A stretch of 59,474 nucleotides of DNA. Source: Candidatus Binatia bacterium (lineage in GTDB: Bacteria > Desulfobacterota > Binatia > Bin18). Below the pieces are notes generated by a model that saw only the letters and a program-made list of their open reading frames with translations, made no database searches and was not told where the DNA came from. This document shows, one piece after another, positions 1 to 9,668 of the stretch. The position numbers and the translations under genes are program-made. Each line of letters begins with the position of its first letter. Position 1 is the stretch's first letter. Where the stretch lies: contig JAJDZM010000225.1 of NCBI GenBank assembly GCA_022824615.1, positions 1 through 59,474 on the forward strand. The letters are read 5' to 3'.

Positions 1-2
1 GA

Positions 3-287
3 CCGATTGTTGACGCTACGCTTGGCGTTGTCGTGCTGACGCCAATCTGTCCGCATACGTTGACAAACCGTCCGGTGATTCTCCCGGACCAGGCCGAGAT
101 CAATGTTGTGATCCAGACTCCAGATGAGGACGTCACTCTGACCTTGGATGGCCAAGAGGGGCATCCGCTCAAGAGTGGGGACACCGTGTCTATCCAACGC
201 TCCCGCGTGACCGTCCCCCTCGTCATCTCCCCCAATCGGACCTTTTTTGATGTCCTGCGCAGCAAACTCCGCTGGGGGGAGAGATAG
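3..287 (+). CDS. nadK: NAD(+) kinase, C-terminal part (5'-truncated by window edge)
   Basis: Frame is open from position 3 (PIVDATLGVVVLTPICPHTLTNRP). Motifs TPICPH, LDGQ and FFDVLRSKLRW are typical of the NAD kinase C-terminus. Confidence 0.9.
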   Translation, partial: PIVDATLGVVVLTPICPHTLTNRPVILPDQAEINVVIQTPDEDVTLTLDGQEGHPLKSGDTVSIQRSRVTVPLVISPNRTFFDVLRSKLRWGER

Positions 288-376
288 CCCCGCTGTCCGA
301 CTAGGATATGCCTTGACCGGACTCGACGGGCTCCCATATATAAAATGCGGGCAGCCAAGAGAGAAGGAAAATCATC

Positions 377-1351
377 GTGAGATATTCTACTTGTGCTTTT
401 GTGACCGTGATCACACTGAGTTTCTTTTTTCAGCCGTCCCCCGTCGGGGCAAATCCCTGTCAGGAAGCGCAAGAATATCTGGGCCTCACCCTCCACCCAA
501 CCAAGCAAGAAGATGCGCCGGGCCTCCCCATTGCTGAGATTGCCCAACTCACTCCAGGTTCACGCGTTGGGTTGCGCAAGGGCGATATCCTTGAGCAGGT
601 GAATAGCTGGCCTATTCAGAACTGTAAGAGTTACCGTAACGCCGTCCGTGACGCTCAGAAAAAGCAGAAGGCCGTCCTGCTGTTGGTCGCCCGCAAGGGG
701 AAACGGCGTCCGATCTTTTTTGAGCCCGAAATCTGGCAACGGATAGAAGAGAAGAAAGAGGAGAAACAGGCGGTCGCCAGCCTGCAAACCATGTTGGCGG
801 CACCGTTGCCGGAAGGCGTGCAAACGAGAACGGAAGCCATAGGCGACCAGGCCCTCGCCACCCTGCGCGGACTGGAAACGCTGGCCGTGCTGTCCGGCCC
901 CCTTCCAGTCTACGAAAAGGGCGTACGAGAGGCCAGGAATCGTATCCGCAGCTTGAGCCGTCAGAGCCAAGGAGATGCAGAAAAGCGCGTGGTGGCCGGT
1001 GCCAGAGTCCTCTTTGGCTATTATGAGACGGCCCGTGCGATCCGTCAGTATAAGCATGACTACATCAGCAGTGATCGGAAAGACATCCGGCAGGGTCGGG
1101 CCATAAGCTTTACCTCCGAAGCCGTTCCTTATTTTTACGATTCGCCTGTCACCGCCTGGGTGGATAAATATCCGTTTCTCCGTTCGAGCATTAAAGACTC
1201 ACCGGATAAACTGGGTTTTGACTTTATTGAGCGGCCTGGCAGTTGGAACCCGGACCGCGCGGTTCAACTCCTGTGGCGGCAGGCCCGGAATGAAACAGAC
1301 AAATTTGCCCAATGGGTGAACGGGCAGGCGAACGTACGGCCGACACCCTAA
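377..1351 (+). CDS. Secreted PDZ-domain protein
   Basis: Hydrophobic N-terminal signal; PDZ-like GLRKGDILEQVNSWPI...VLLLVARKG; C-terminal region unrecognised. Confidence 0.65.
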   Translation: MRYSTCAFVTVITLSFFFQPSPVGANPCQEAQEYLGLTLHPTKQEDAPGLPIAEIAQLTPGSRVGLRKGDILEQVNSWPIQNCKSYRNAVRDAQKKQKAVLLLVARKGKRRPIFFEPEIWQRIEEKKEEKQAVASLQTMLAAPLPEGVQTRTEAIGDQALATLRGLETLAVLSGPLPVYEKGVREARNRIRSLSRQSQGDAEKRVVAGARVLFGYYETARAIRQYKHDYISSDRKDIRQGRAISFTSEAVPYFYDSPVTAWVDKYPFLRSSIKDSPDKLGFDFIERPGSWNPDRAVQLLWRQARNETDKFAQWVNGQANVRPTP

Positions 1352-1377
1352 GGTCTTGGGCCGCGAAAACAGAACCT

Positions 1378-1409
1378 GGGGTGCAGCCTCAGCTGCGCCC
1401 CTCTCTTCT
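1378..1409 (+). terminator. Probable intrinsic terminator hairpin
   Basis: GGGGTGCAGC-ctca-GCTGCGCCCC followed by a pyrimidine tract, just after the 377..1351 stop. Confidence 0.45.
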
Positions 1410-1576
1410 GCCAGTCAGCCGGAGGTCACCGGCGCAGGTGCCCTAGCTATTCGATATACGTCCGCAGATCTCCGCAGCTTGCCCTCTTGAAAAACACCAC
1501 CTACCCCAGATAAACATCTCATTCCGGTCATGGCCTATCGACCCAGCACAGCACGAATCACAGCAAGGAGGGAAGT

Positions 1577-2503
1577 ATGCCCCTAGGTCAGCAAGAACAA
1601 GCCTTTATTGATCAACTCGTGGCCGCCGGCGGTCGCGGCTTTAACGAAATGGAGGTTGCGGAAGCACGCCAGGCCATTGTTCCACTCTTCCAGGTTGAGA
1701 ATCCAGAGCCGGTTGCCAAGGTTGAAGATCGGACCATTCCGACCCCGAACGGCGCCCTGCCGGTCCGCATCTATACGCCCGAGGGAGACGGCCCGCTTCC
1801 CGTTCTGGTCTTTTTTCATGGGGGCGGCTGGGTGGTCGGCGACCTCGAAAGCCACGATGCAACCTGTCGCGTCCTGACCAACGCCGCCGGTTGCATGACG
1901 ATTGCCGTCGATTACCGCCTCGCTCCGGAGCACAAATTTCCCGCGGCGGCTGAGGATTGTTACGAAGCGACCAAATGGGCGGTGCTCAACGTGGCGTCCC
2001 TTGGCGGAGACCCGCAGCGGGTGGCGGTTGGCGGCGATAGCGCCGGCGGCAACCTGGCCGCAGCAGTGGCGCTCATGTCGGGAGACCGTGGCGCCCCTTC
2101 GCTCGCCTACCAGCTCTTGCTCTATCCGGTCACCAACCATTCCTTTGATACCGAGTCGTGTCGGCAGAACGGGGAAGGCTATCTGCTGACCAAGGACTCC
2201 ATGGTGTGGTTCTGGGACCACTATCTTGAAAACGATGAGGCGGGCAAGAATCCGTATGCCTCTCCGCTCCTGGCCAAATACGTGAACAGCCCGCCGCCGG
2301 GGCTGGTCATCACGGCCGAGTTTGATCCCCTGCGCGACGAGGGCGAAGCCTACGGCAAAAAGCTCCAGGACGCCGGCGCTGATATCACCATATCCCGCTA
2401 CAACGGAACGATTCACGGATTCTTCAGCTTCTTCCATCTTGACGCTCAGAAGAAAGCACTGGCAGAAGTGGCTGAGGGACTGAAAGCAGCGTTCGCTCAA
2501 TAA
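1577..2503 (+). CDS. Alpha/beta hydrolase, hormone-sensitive lipase (family IV) esterase
   Basis: HGGGW oxyanion loop, GDSAGG nucleophile elbow, DPLRDEG and HGF motifs; AGGAGG RBS. Confidence 0.92.
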   Translation: MPLGQQEQAFIDQLVAAGGRGFNEMEVAEARQAIVPLFQVENPEPVAKVEDRTIPTPNGALPVRIYTPEGDGPLPVLVFFHGGGWVVGDLESHDATCRVLTNAAGCMTIAVDYRLAPEHKFPAAAEDCYEATKWAVLNVASLGGDPQRVAVGGDSAGGNLAAAVALMSGDRGAPSLAYQLLLYPVTNHSFDTESCRQNGEGYLLTKDSMVWFWDHYLENDEAGKNPYASPLLAKYVNSPPPGLVITAEFDPLRDEGEAYGKKLQDAGADITISRYNGTIHGFFSFFHLDAQKKALAEVAEGLKAAFAQ

Positions 2504-2540
2504 ACGCGTATGGGGCCTATTTTTTTACCGTCGAATAGAG

Positions 2541-2573
2541 AGGGGCGGCCGCACCAGGCTGCCCCTTCTTTTT
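2541..2573 (+). terminator. Rho-independent terminator
   Basis: AGGGGCGGCC-gcacca-GGCTGCCCCT stem followed by TCTTTTT. Confidence 0.7.
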
Positions 2574-2698
2574 GCTCCACTGTCGGGGGGACCAATCCCT
2601 CCTTTTCACAATTCTTTCTTTTAATTTCGTCCGGCATTGACTGTCTCTTTGCAGGGCATTAGCCTGAAAAAAGGATACTCAACCCCACGGAGGTAGGT

Positions 2699-3406
2699 AT
2701 GGCTTCAACGATGACGTATTCCCAACCCGCGGCCTATGCATCTGAGGTGGCGCGTGCGGAGTTTATTCGCCGCACGTATACCCACCTCGCGTTGGCGATA
2801 TTGGCCTTTATCCTGGTTGAAAATCTCCTGTTACAGTCGTCGTTTGCACCCGCTCTGGTCCAGACCATGGTTGGGGGGTACGGCTGGTTCGTCGTGCTCG
2901 CCGCATTCATGGGCGTGTCCTGGCTGGCCGACCGCTGGGCGCAGTCTGATGCCTCGCCGCAGATGCAATACCTGGGACTGGGTCTGTATATCGTGGCCGA
3001 GGCGGTCATCTTTCTCCCCATGCTGTATATTGCGACGCACTATAGCTCGCCGGATGTGATTCCGACGGCCGGCCTGATGACCTTGCTGCTGTTTGGCGGG
3101 CTGACGTTCACGGCTTTCACCACCCGCAAAGACTTCTCTTTTCTGCGGGGCATTCTCGCCGTGGGCGGATTTGTCGCCCTGGGGGTGATCTTGGCCAGCA
3201 TGCTGTTTGGCTTTAGCCTGGGGTTGTTCTTCTCCACCATTATGGTTGCCTTTGCCGCCGGGTCCATTCTGTATACGACCTCGAACATTATTCACCACTA
3301 TCGGACCGACCAGCACGTTGCCGCCTCGCTGGCGCTGTTTGCCGGTGTGGCCCTGATGTTCTGGTATCTGTTGCAAATTCTGCTTTCCCTGGCGAATGAT
3401 GACTAG
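2699..3406 (+). CDS. Bax inhibitor-1/YccA family membrane protein
   Basis: About 7 hydrophobic segments; FIRRTY at the N-terminus, DFSFL, and C-terminal ASLALFAGVALMFWYLL. Confidence 0.85.
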   Translation: MASTMTYSQPAAYASEVARAEFIRRTYTHLALAILAFILVENLLLQSSFAPALVQTMVGGYGWFVVLAAFMGVSWLADRWAQSDASPQMQYLGLGLYIVAEAVIFLPMLYIATHYSSPDVIPTAGLMTLLLFGGLTFTAFTTRKDFSFLRGILAVGGFVALGVILASMLFGFSLGLFFSTIMVAFAAGSILYTTSNIIHHYRTDQHVAASLALFAGVALMFWYLLQILLSLANDD

Positions 3407-3432
3407 CGACCAGGGCATGTGGTTGCCCCGTG

Positions 3433-4374
3433 TCATGCGGTTGACTCATCCTCTCTATTCCGTCCCCGTTGCTGGCCCATCACAATCCCCGTCAGCAGGC
3501 CCACCGCTCCTATCCCCTGGAGCAGACCTACTGACTCGTCGAGAAATATCCAGGCCAGCAGGGCAGCTCCAAGCGGTTCGCCGAGAATCGCCAGTGCGAC
3601 CAGTGTTGGAGACATATAGGCCAGCGCCCAGTTCAGAATGGTATGACCCAATACCTGGGGAATAAGGGCAAGCAGGATCAGGACGAGATAGACCCGTGGG
3701 GTATAATCCAGCAGCGGCAGTTGGAGGACAAGACAGCCGGCGAGTAAGATAACCGCTGCACACCCATAGACCAGCCCGACATACACGCTCAGGCCGAGAC
3801 GCGGTCGGGCCAGGCGGCCACATAGCAGATAGGCAGAGATCATGACTGCACCGCATACGGCTAGGGCATCGCCGTACAGCGCGGACTCTCGGGCCGGACC
3901 TGCCTGCTGAAAATCGTTCCAGCCGATGCACAGGCTGCCGAGCAATGCCAAGCCTATCCCCAACCATTGACGCCGGACGAGACGTTCCCGCCAGATAAGA
4001 TAGCCGGCAATGGCGAGCAGGAGCGGATTGATCGTCACCAGTGCCACGGAACTCGCGACAGAGGTGTAGCGGAGCGAGGCAATCCAGGCAGCAAAGTGGA
4101 GAGCCAGACACAGACCGGCTACACTCACCACCCGCAGGTCAGGAAGCGAGAGTGAGCCGCCCGCAGTTCGGAGCCGGACGAGGCTCAGCGGGGTGAATAG
4201 CAGTGCGGCGAGACCCAGCCGAAAAGCAGCCACTACGAGCGGCGGGACGTCGGGGACAAGCTTTATCAGCGGCGCAGCCGTCGAGATGGCGAGAATGCCC
4301 ACCCCCAGAACAGCGAGCGTTCCACGCGGCCTGGCTCCACTCATCCGAGCTAAAGAGGAAACGTCTCCTTCCAT
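3433..4374 (-). CDS. DMT/EamA family transporter
   Basis: About 10 TM segments in two EamA-like halves (SLRYTSVASS, GHTILNWAL, GEPLGA). Confidence 0.88.
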   Translation of the reverse strand: MEGDVSSLARMSGARPRGTLAVLGVGILAISTAAPLIKLVPDVPPLVVAAFRLGLAALLFTPLSLVRLRTAGGSLSLPDLRVVSVAGLCLALHFAAWIASLRYTSVASSVALVTINPLLLAIAGYLIWRERLVRRQWLGIGLALLGSLCIGWNDFQQAGPARESALYGDALAVCGAVMISAYLLCGRLARPRLGLSVYVGLVYGCAAVILLAGCLVLQLPLLDYTPRVYLVLILLALIPQVLGHTILNWALAYMSPTLVALAILGEPLGAALLAWIFLDESVGLLQGIGAVGLLTGIVMGQQRGRNREDESTA

Positions 4375-4417
4375 AGCGACGAGATGCTGGAGACGTTTCC
4401 TCTTCGCGGAATGGGCT

Positions 4418-5239
4418 TTACAGTTGGAACTGCATCATGCCGAAGCCCACGACCATGGTTCCTTCTTCATACATGACGACTTCGCCTCGTGCGCCTTCGA
4501 CTGCCCCGGCCACCGCAATCCAGTTCCGGATTTCGTGCGTTCCGTTGCCGACCGCATCAATCTCCGCATCCGTAATATCGAACATGGCCGGGTCCTGTTG
4601 GCACAGGAGGTCGAGGAATTTTTTATCAAAGTGCGCGTCCACCTTGCCCATGTCCGGCGTGCCAACCGCATGCGACAATCCCCCCGTGCCGAGCAGAGCC
4701 ACGCGGCGGGAGCTGTCCCACGACCGGATGGCTTGCCCGACCATCCGCCCGAAATCATAACACCGCTTCAGGCTCGGCAGGGGCGGCAGGACGCAGTTCT
4801 GAATCAGCCACAGATAGGACATGTCCCACCGCGGCGTCAAAAAGTTCAGACAGGTCAGAAATCCATGGTCTAAGCCGACTTCACCAATTCGCGTCAAGTC
4901 GAAGCCTTGGCGGACCCCCTCGTCAAGGACCGCTTCGGCCAGCTCCGGTTCAAAATTGACCGAGATACTATTGCAGGGCATGCCGAGCCAGTTTTCGACC
5001 GGGCCGACGCTCGTCTCAGCCGTCACCACGCCGAACGACGGGTAGCGACGCGGGTCGAGCGCATTAAAATGTTCGTCTGAGATCACGACGATCGTATCGG
5101 CTCCGGCCGAGGTAAAGGTTTCTCGGAGGGTATCGAAGCCCGTATTGATCCTCCCCCAGGTGGCCTCATCCGCCATCTGGGGCGCGCTCATCATCAGGGG
5201 ACTGTGAACTGACGACATGGCTGCAACGATGTCCGCCAT
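4418..5239 (-). CDS. Class III extradiol ring-cleavage dioxygenase (LigB-like)
   Basis: SVHSP, DEH, LDHG, GTGGLSH and HEIRNWI motifs. Confidence 0.85.
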   Translation of the reverse strand: MADIVAAMSSVHSPLMMSAPQMADEATWGRINTGFDTLRETFTSAGADTIVVISDEHFNALDPRRYPSFGVVTAETSVGPVENWLGMPCNSISVNFEPELAEAVLDEGVRQGFDLTRIGEVGLDHGFLTCLNFLTPRWDMSYLWLIQNCVLPPLPSLKRCYDFGRMVGQAIRSWDSSRRVALLGTGGLSHAVGTPDMGKVDAHFDKKFLDLLCQQDPAMFDITDAEIDAVGNGTHEIRNWIAVAGAVEGARGEVVMYEEGTMVVGFGMMQFQL

Positions 5240-5261
5240 TGGATTCTCCTTTTTCCTTCCA

Positions 5262-5299
5262 TCCCCTCTCCCCTGGAGGGAGAGGGCTAGGGAGAGGGG
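5262..5299 (+). repeat. REP-like dispersed palindromic repeat, copy 1
   Basis: TCCCCTCTCCCCTGGAGGGAGAGGGCTAGGGAGAGGGG; near-identical copies at 53632, 55348 and 58800 (inverted). Confidence 0.8.
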
Positions 5300-5406
5300 G
5301 CCTCAAGTCTTTACCCCAGCCCCAATTCTTTCTTCGTTACTTTCAGGCATATCTTCTTCTTAGTCGGATGAGTCGGAGCGGCGCATAATGTGTTCTCAAC
5401 AAAACT

Positions 5407-5817
5407 CTACCACCAACTTTCATATTTGAACTTCTTCCCGTTTCTTTTGCCGGTGTGACGGACCCGTCCGTCTTGGTAAGCCGTGATCTTTCCCTTGTAT
5501 TTGTTGCCGCTCTCGTCTTTGTATTTATACCGTCGGAGTGTCGCCCCCGGTGGTGGCAGACCCAGCATATCCCGCACTAGGGTTTCGGTTCTCGTTGCTC
5601 CCGGCTCCAGACCCACCGCGTCCCGTAGCTCGGCCTCAGCGATGCCGGCAGCAAGTGCATTTTGATCGACGGGCGGTCTTTGATGGTATGTGCCATAGCC
5701 TGATAACATACGGGCCCAGTTGCCCTGGGGCGTCGGTCCACACCCCGCCAGGAGCAGTAGTGCTCCGATACCGACCAGTGCCCCCATCTGCCGCCTTACC
5801 GCTGAAAAAGTTTTCAT
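5407..5817 (-). CDS. Putative lipoprotein, unknown function
   Basis: Basic N-terminus, hydrophobic stretch and LAGC lipobox; Lys/Tyr-rich C-terminus; starts 8 nt after the aor stop. Confidence 0.6.
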   Translation of the reverse strand: MKTFSAVRRQMGALVGIGALLLLAGCGPTPQGNWARMLSGYGTYHQRPPVDQNALAAGIAEAELRDAVGLEPGATRTETLVRDMLGLPPPGATLRRYKYKDESGNKYKGKITAYQDGRVRHTGKRNGKKFKYESWW

Positions 5818-5825
5818 TGCCCGGT

Positions 5826-7685
5826 CTACTCCAACCCCAGCTCTTTCTTCTTTGCCTCGGAGATGATGCCGTCCTTATCCCAGCCTCGCAGTTCGTAATA
5901 CTCGGGCAGCATCTCACCCAGTCGGTTGACCTCGCCCTTGGCCGGGCCGGACGGGATGGGCTCTTCCAGAATCCGCTTGGGCAGGGTGTCGTCCTTGCCG
6001 GTGAAGCCCGCCCGTTCGTTCCACAGCCGCTCCAGGTTCCAGATCCGCTCCCCAATGTGGACCAGTTCTTCCAGCGTATACGGCACGCCCGTGGCGGCCG
6101 ACAGTTGGGGCAGCATCTCCTCCAGACCTACGCCGAAAGTGAGGAATTGGCACAGGCCGGTGGCATCAACGGTTGAGGTGGCGTCCTGGAAGATTTTAGT
6201 AATCTCCGCCTTCTCTTCTGTGGCGCGCGGGTCCATCTGACGCGGCAGGCCCAGAATTTCGGCCGCCACCGTATAGGCTTTCAAGTGACACGCCCCGCGG
6301 TTGGAAGTTGCATAGCCCAGGCCCATGCCCTGAATGGCGCGGGCCTCGTACGCGGCAAACTCCTGACCGCGGACGCCCATGAAGAACTCGGGTCGGCCCA
6401 GCGTCTCGGTCATGCGTTTGGAGCCTTCGGCCACGGCATCACCAAAGCCCTGCCGGTAGGCAGTCTTCTCGGCCATGGCGACGAGGGCTTCCGCGCTGCC
6501 GAACTCCAGCGGAATCTCGGTTTCGTCTTGGCTGACCACACCCTTCTCGAACAACTCCATGGCCGCGGCTACGCTGGCCCCAAAGCTGATGGAATCCATA
6601 CCCAGGTCGTTACACAGCCAGTTGGCCTTGATCAGCGCGTCCAGGTCGCCCACGCCACACTCCGAGCCCATGGCCCACGCCGCTTCGTACTCGGGGCCCT
6701 CGCCGGCGATTTTCCAGTTTTGCGGATTGGTGGTGACCGAGTATTTCGAGGAGGCCTCGCCCGGCAGAGTGCTGACTCGCCCACAGGCAATGGTACAGGA
6801 AAAACAGGCTTTATTGGCGACCAGGCGGGTTTCGGTCAGGGTTTCACCGCTGATGTTTTCGGCTTCATCAAAGACGGTCTGCTGATGGTTGCGGGTCGGT
6901 AGCGCGCCGTGCTCGTTAATCACGTTGACCAGCACTTCGGTGCCGTACATGGGCAGGCCCTCGGCGGTCACGGGCGACTGCCGCAGCTTTTCCTTCATGG
7001 CCCACTGGCCTTCCAGATATGCCTGCGGGTCTGCCAGAGAGACCCCGCCGGTGCCGCGCAGGGCAATGGCCTTGAGATTTTTGGAGCCCATCACCGCGCC
7101 CACGCCGGACCGGCCCGCGGCCCGGTGCAGGTCGTTCATGATACAGGCAAAGCGTACCAGGTTTTCTCCGGCCGGGCCGATGCTGGCAATGATGGTGTCG
7201 GGTACGCCGAGTTCGGTGCGGAGGGCCTCTTCGGTCTGCCAGACCGTCTTACCCCACAGGTGGGTCGCCTCGCGCAGTTCCACCCGGTCGTCATAGATCC
7301 ACAGATAGGACGGCTGCGCGGCCTTGCCCTCCAGGATGATCATGTCATAGCCGGCGAATTTCATCTCCGGCCCCCAGAAGCCGCCGGAATTCGAGGTGGT
7401 AATGGCGTTGGTCAGTGCGCCCTTGGTGACGACCATATAGCGTGAGCCACAGGAGGCGTTGGTGCCGGTCAGCGGCCCGGTGGCAAAGATCATCTTGTTT
7501 TCCGGGCTAAGCGGATCGACGCTGGGGTCCATCTCTTCGGAGAGATATTTGACGCCGAGCCCGCGACCGCCGACATAGTCTCTGGCCCATTCGGCGTTCA
7601 GCGGTTCCTTGGTGATGGTGCCGGTGGTCAGATTGACGCGCAGGACAGTCCCGGTCCAGCCGTGCATTGTGTTCGTCTCGCTCAT
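5826..7685 (-). CDS. aor: Tungsten-dependent aldehyde:ferredoxin oxidoreductase
   Basis: GGRGLG, SIGPAGE, AGRSGVGAVMGSKNLKA, CFSCTIAC, EYE, GMDSIS and RGACH motifs. Start moved to ATG 7685 (MSETNTM), which has an AGGAGG RBS. Confidence 0.92.
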   Translation of the reverse strand: MSETNTMHGWTGTVLRVNLTTGTITKEPLNAEWARDYVGGRGLGVKYLSEEMDPSVDPLSPENKMIFATGPLTGTNASCGSRYMVVTKGALTNAITTSNSGGFWGPEMKFAGYDMIILEGKAAQPSYLWIYDDRVELREATHLWGKTVWQTEEALRTELGVPDTIIASIGPAGENLVRFACIMNDLHRAAGRSGVGAVMGSKNLKAIALRGTGGVSLADPQAYLEGQWAMKEKLRQSPVTAEGLPMYGTEVLVNVINEHGALPTRNHQQTVFDEAENISGETLTETRLVANKACFSCTIACGRVSTLPGEASSKYSVTTNPQNWKIAGEGPEYEAAWAMGSECGVGDLDALIKANWLCNDLGMDSISFGASVAAAMELFEKGVVSQDETEIPLEFGSAEALVAMAEKTAYRQGFGDAVAEGSKRMTETLGRPEFFMGVRGQEFAAYEARAIQGMGLGYATSNRGACHLKAYTVAAEILGLPRQMDPRATEEKAEITKIFQDATSTVDATGLCQFLTFGVGLEEMLPQLSAATGVPYTLEELVHIGERIWNLERLWNERAGFTGKDDTLPKRILEEPIPSGPAKGEVNRLGEMLPEYYELRGWDKDGIISEAKKKELGLE

Positions 7686-7696
7686 GCGTTGCCTCC

Positions 7697-8173
7697 TTAC
7701 TCGTCCTGCATATGTTGAAAGCCCCGGTTGACTTTGTCCGCCCAACTGGCCAGCCAGTCCGGCTGATCCATATCCACATATTCGAGTGCGCCGGTCGGGC
7801 AGGACTTGACGCACGCCGGGTCACCGCCACACAGGTCACACTTGAAGGCTTTATGGCTATCCGGGTTATAGAACATGGTGCCGTAGGGGCAGGCCACCGT
7901 GCAGACTGCACAGCCGACACACACATCGTCCATCACGACCTTCGCGTCCGTGTTCGGGTCAATGCCGATCGCATTCACCGGACAGGCCGTCAGGCACCAG
8001 GCTTCATCGCACTGAAAGCAGGTATAGGGCGCGTAGACGGCCTGCTCGTCAAATATATGGACGCGGATAACGGAACGCGACGGCTGAAAGGTCCCGGTTT
8101 GAACAAAGGCACAAGCCAACTCGCACTGAATGCAGCTTGTGCATTTCTCGGTAATCACGCGGAGTTGTTTCAT
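7697..8173 (-). CDS. 4Fe-4S dicluster electron-transfer subunit (AorA/DmsB-like)
   Basis: Four Cys clusters (CTSCIQCELAC, CFQC...CP, CVGCAVCTVACP, CDLC...CP). Start at ATG 8173 with AGGAGG RBS. Confidence 0.9.
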   Translation of the reverse strand: MKQLRVITEKCTSCIQCELACAFVQTGTFQPSRSVIRVHIFDEQAVYAPYTCFQCDEAWCLTACPVNAIGIDPNTDAKVVMDDVCVGCAVCTVACPYGTMFYNPDSHKAFKCDLCGGDPACVKSCPTGALEYVDMDQPDWLASWADKVNRGFQHMQDE

Positions 8174-8240
8174 ACGGTGTTGTCCCTCCTGCACTTCCTC
8201 TAACAGATTCGTCCGAAGAATGCCACAAAAGTCGGTCGGT

Positions 8241-8261
8241 GGTAGTGCGTCAATTTGAAAT
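8241..8261 (+). repeat. Terminal inverted repeat (left)
   Basis: GGTAGTGCGTCAATTTGAAAT is the exact reverse complement of 10872..10892. Confidence 0.93.
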
Positions 8262-9072
8262 TCGTTTCTTGTACCGGCCTCGCGGCCCAGGCTCAGGGAA
8301 TGCCTGTTCAACCAACTCAACTATCCAGTCCACATCATGTAGAACGAGATCAATTCCTGCGGCCATCGCCGGCGTCATCCGCACCGACTGGTGTATCCGA
8401 CAAAAATTGTAGTACAGGAAATACAAGCAGATCATCGCCACATGATTCGCGGCCTTCTTGGAGAAGGCATTAGTCTTGCGCGTGAACCGGCGCATACACA
8501 TGCGCATCGTCAGGTTTTGCCGTTCGACATAAGCAGTTGAAATATGGTTGGGGTCAGGATTGCCCGACACCACCAGCGTGTCGCCAAAGCCTAAGTCCTG
8601 GGCATAATCTACGCCCCGTCCAAAGGCGTCGGAAATCGCCTCGGCATAGGCAGCATATCCGTCTGTCGTCAGTTGGCAGGGACCCGCCAGCCTCCCATTC
8701 AGATCGCGCAGAAAGGTGGTGGCGTATGTCAGACTCCGACCGCCCACCAAATAGGCAATGATGAGTTTGCTGTCGGCATCCAGGGCCGTCCATGTCCAGA
8801 TACTCCCGGCGTCGGAGGGAGCGGTTGGCATCTTGGCGACCTGCTTGGCCTTGGCGTACACATAGGACCATATCTCGTCGCACTGTATGCTCGGCCTCAA
8901 CATTGCGGAGATGCACATCATGGTAGGCAGCAGCAACTTTCCCCGCCTGTATGAGGAGGGTCTTTATGGTATTGAACGCCACACCAGTGATACGGTTGGT
9001 CGCCCGCATACTAGCCCCGTCCAATAGGGTCCGCAGCACCTGGACCCGCTTGTCATGAGGAATCCGGTTCAT
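8250..9072 (-). pseudogene. IS1-family transposase, frameshifted near 8887
   Basis: The N-terminal HTH part (MNRIPHDKRVQVLRTLLDGASMRATNRITG) is in ORF 8554..9072. The catalytic part (QCDEIW, WTWTALD, TTDGY, STAYVERQNLTMR, RRFTRKTNAFSK) is in ORF 8250..8936, a different frame. Confidence 0.85.
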
Positions 9073-9108
9073 TCGTCGAATCGTCTAACTGATTGTTTTT
9101 ATTGGACT

Positions 9109-9137
9109 ATTATGGATCAAAAGCAGTCAGATGTCAA
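9109..9137 (-). promoter_or_regulatory. Sigma70-type promoter for the transposase
   Basis: TTGACA-N17-CATAAT on the minus strand, about 37 nt upstream of ATG 9072. Confidence 0.65.
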
Positions 9138-9188
9138 CCGTTTTCCGGGGAAAGGTTCACTGCGGAGGGGGACCATCGGGCGAGAAAA

Positions 9189-9644
9189 TCAGGCAGCCAA
9201 CTTCCACTCTCCTTCCTTCTCTGCCATCAGCTCGAATGTCATCTCTCGCCTATGAGCCAGCTCATCTTCGAGATCGGCAATATGTTTCAACTGATCTTTG
9301 ATAAAGCTTTCCGAGCGCTCCATATACATAAATCTCAACCATGCCTCTGCTGCTCTTGACATGCTCGCTTTGCCTGTTTCCCATCGGTGAATGGTCTGCT
9401 CGCTGACATCGAGCAGGTGCGCCAGTGTGGATTGAGACATCAGCAACTCTCGACGCAGAAACCGAATCTCTTTTCCATTCAAGTCCTTTTTGTCGAGACA
9501 GAGATGCCTGCCAATGGCCCGATGGAGTGTATCAATGTCCCTGATGGCAATACTCGTTCCCCTCCTAGATTTCTTGCGTACAAATCCATTCACTAAATAC
9601 ACGTCATCGAGCCCGCATTCCACATAATGATATTTCTCATGCAT
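9189..9644 (-). CDS. XRE-HTH antitoxin-like regulator (MqsA/HigA-like)
   Basis: N-terminal YHYVECGLDDVYLVNG; HTH EIRFLRRELLMSQSTLAHLLDVSEQTIHRWETG; lies downstream of a DUF4258-like gene. Confidence 0.75.
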   Translation of the reverse strand: MHEKYHYVECGLDDVYLVNGFVRKKSRRGTSIAIRDIDTLHRAIGRHLCLDKKDLNGKEIRFLRRELLMSQSTLAHLLDVSEQTIHRWETGKASMSRAAEAWLRFMYMERSESFIKDQLKHIADLEDELAHRREMTFELMAEKEGEWKLAA

Positions 9645-9668
9645 AATCCTCCCTCCGTTGATATACTT

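Noticed and set aside
1583-2500. Long antisense ORFs (also 12868..13722, 32385..33752, 39136..40068, 45182..46258, 48034..48909)
   Set aside because: They mirror well-supported genes on the opposite strand, carry no motifs, and are expected in GC-rich DNA.
7686-8320. Extended N-termini given in the ORF track for aor (7814) and the ferredoxin (8320)
   Set aside because: They overlap the neighbouring gene or the IS end; downstream ATGs at 7685 and 8173 have strong RBSs.
8554-9072. Programmed -1 frameshift as in insA/insB
   Set aside because: There is no slippery A6C-type site and the required shift is +1/-2.
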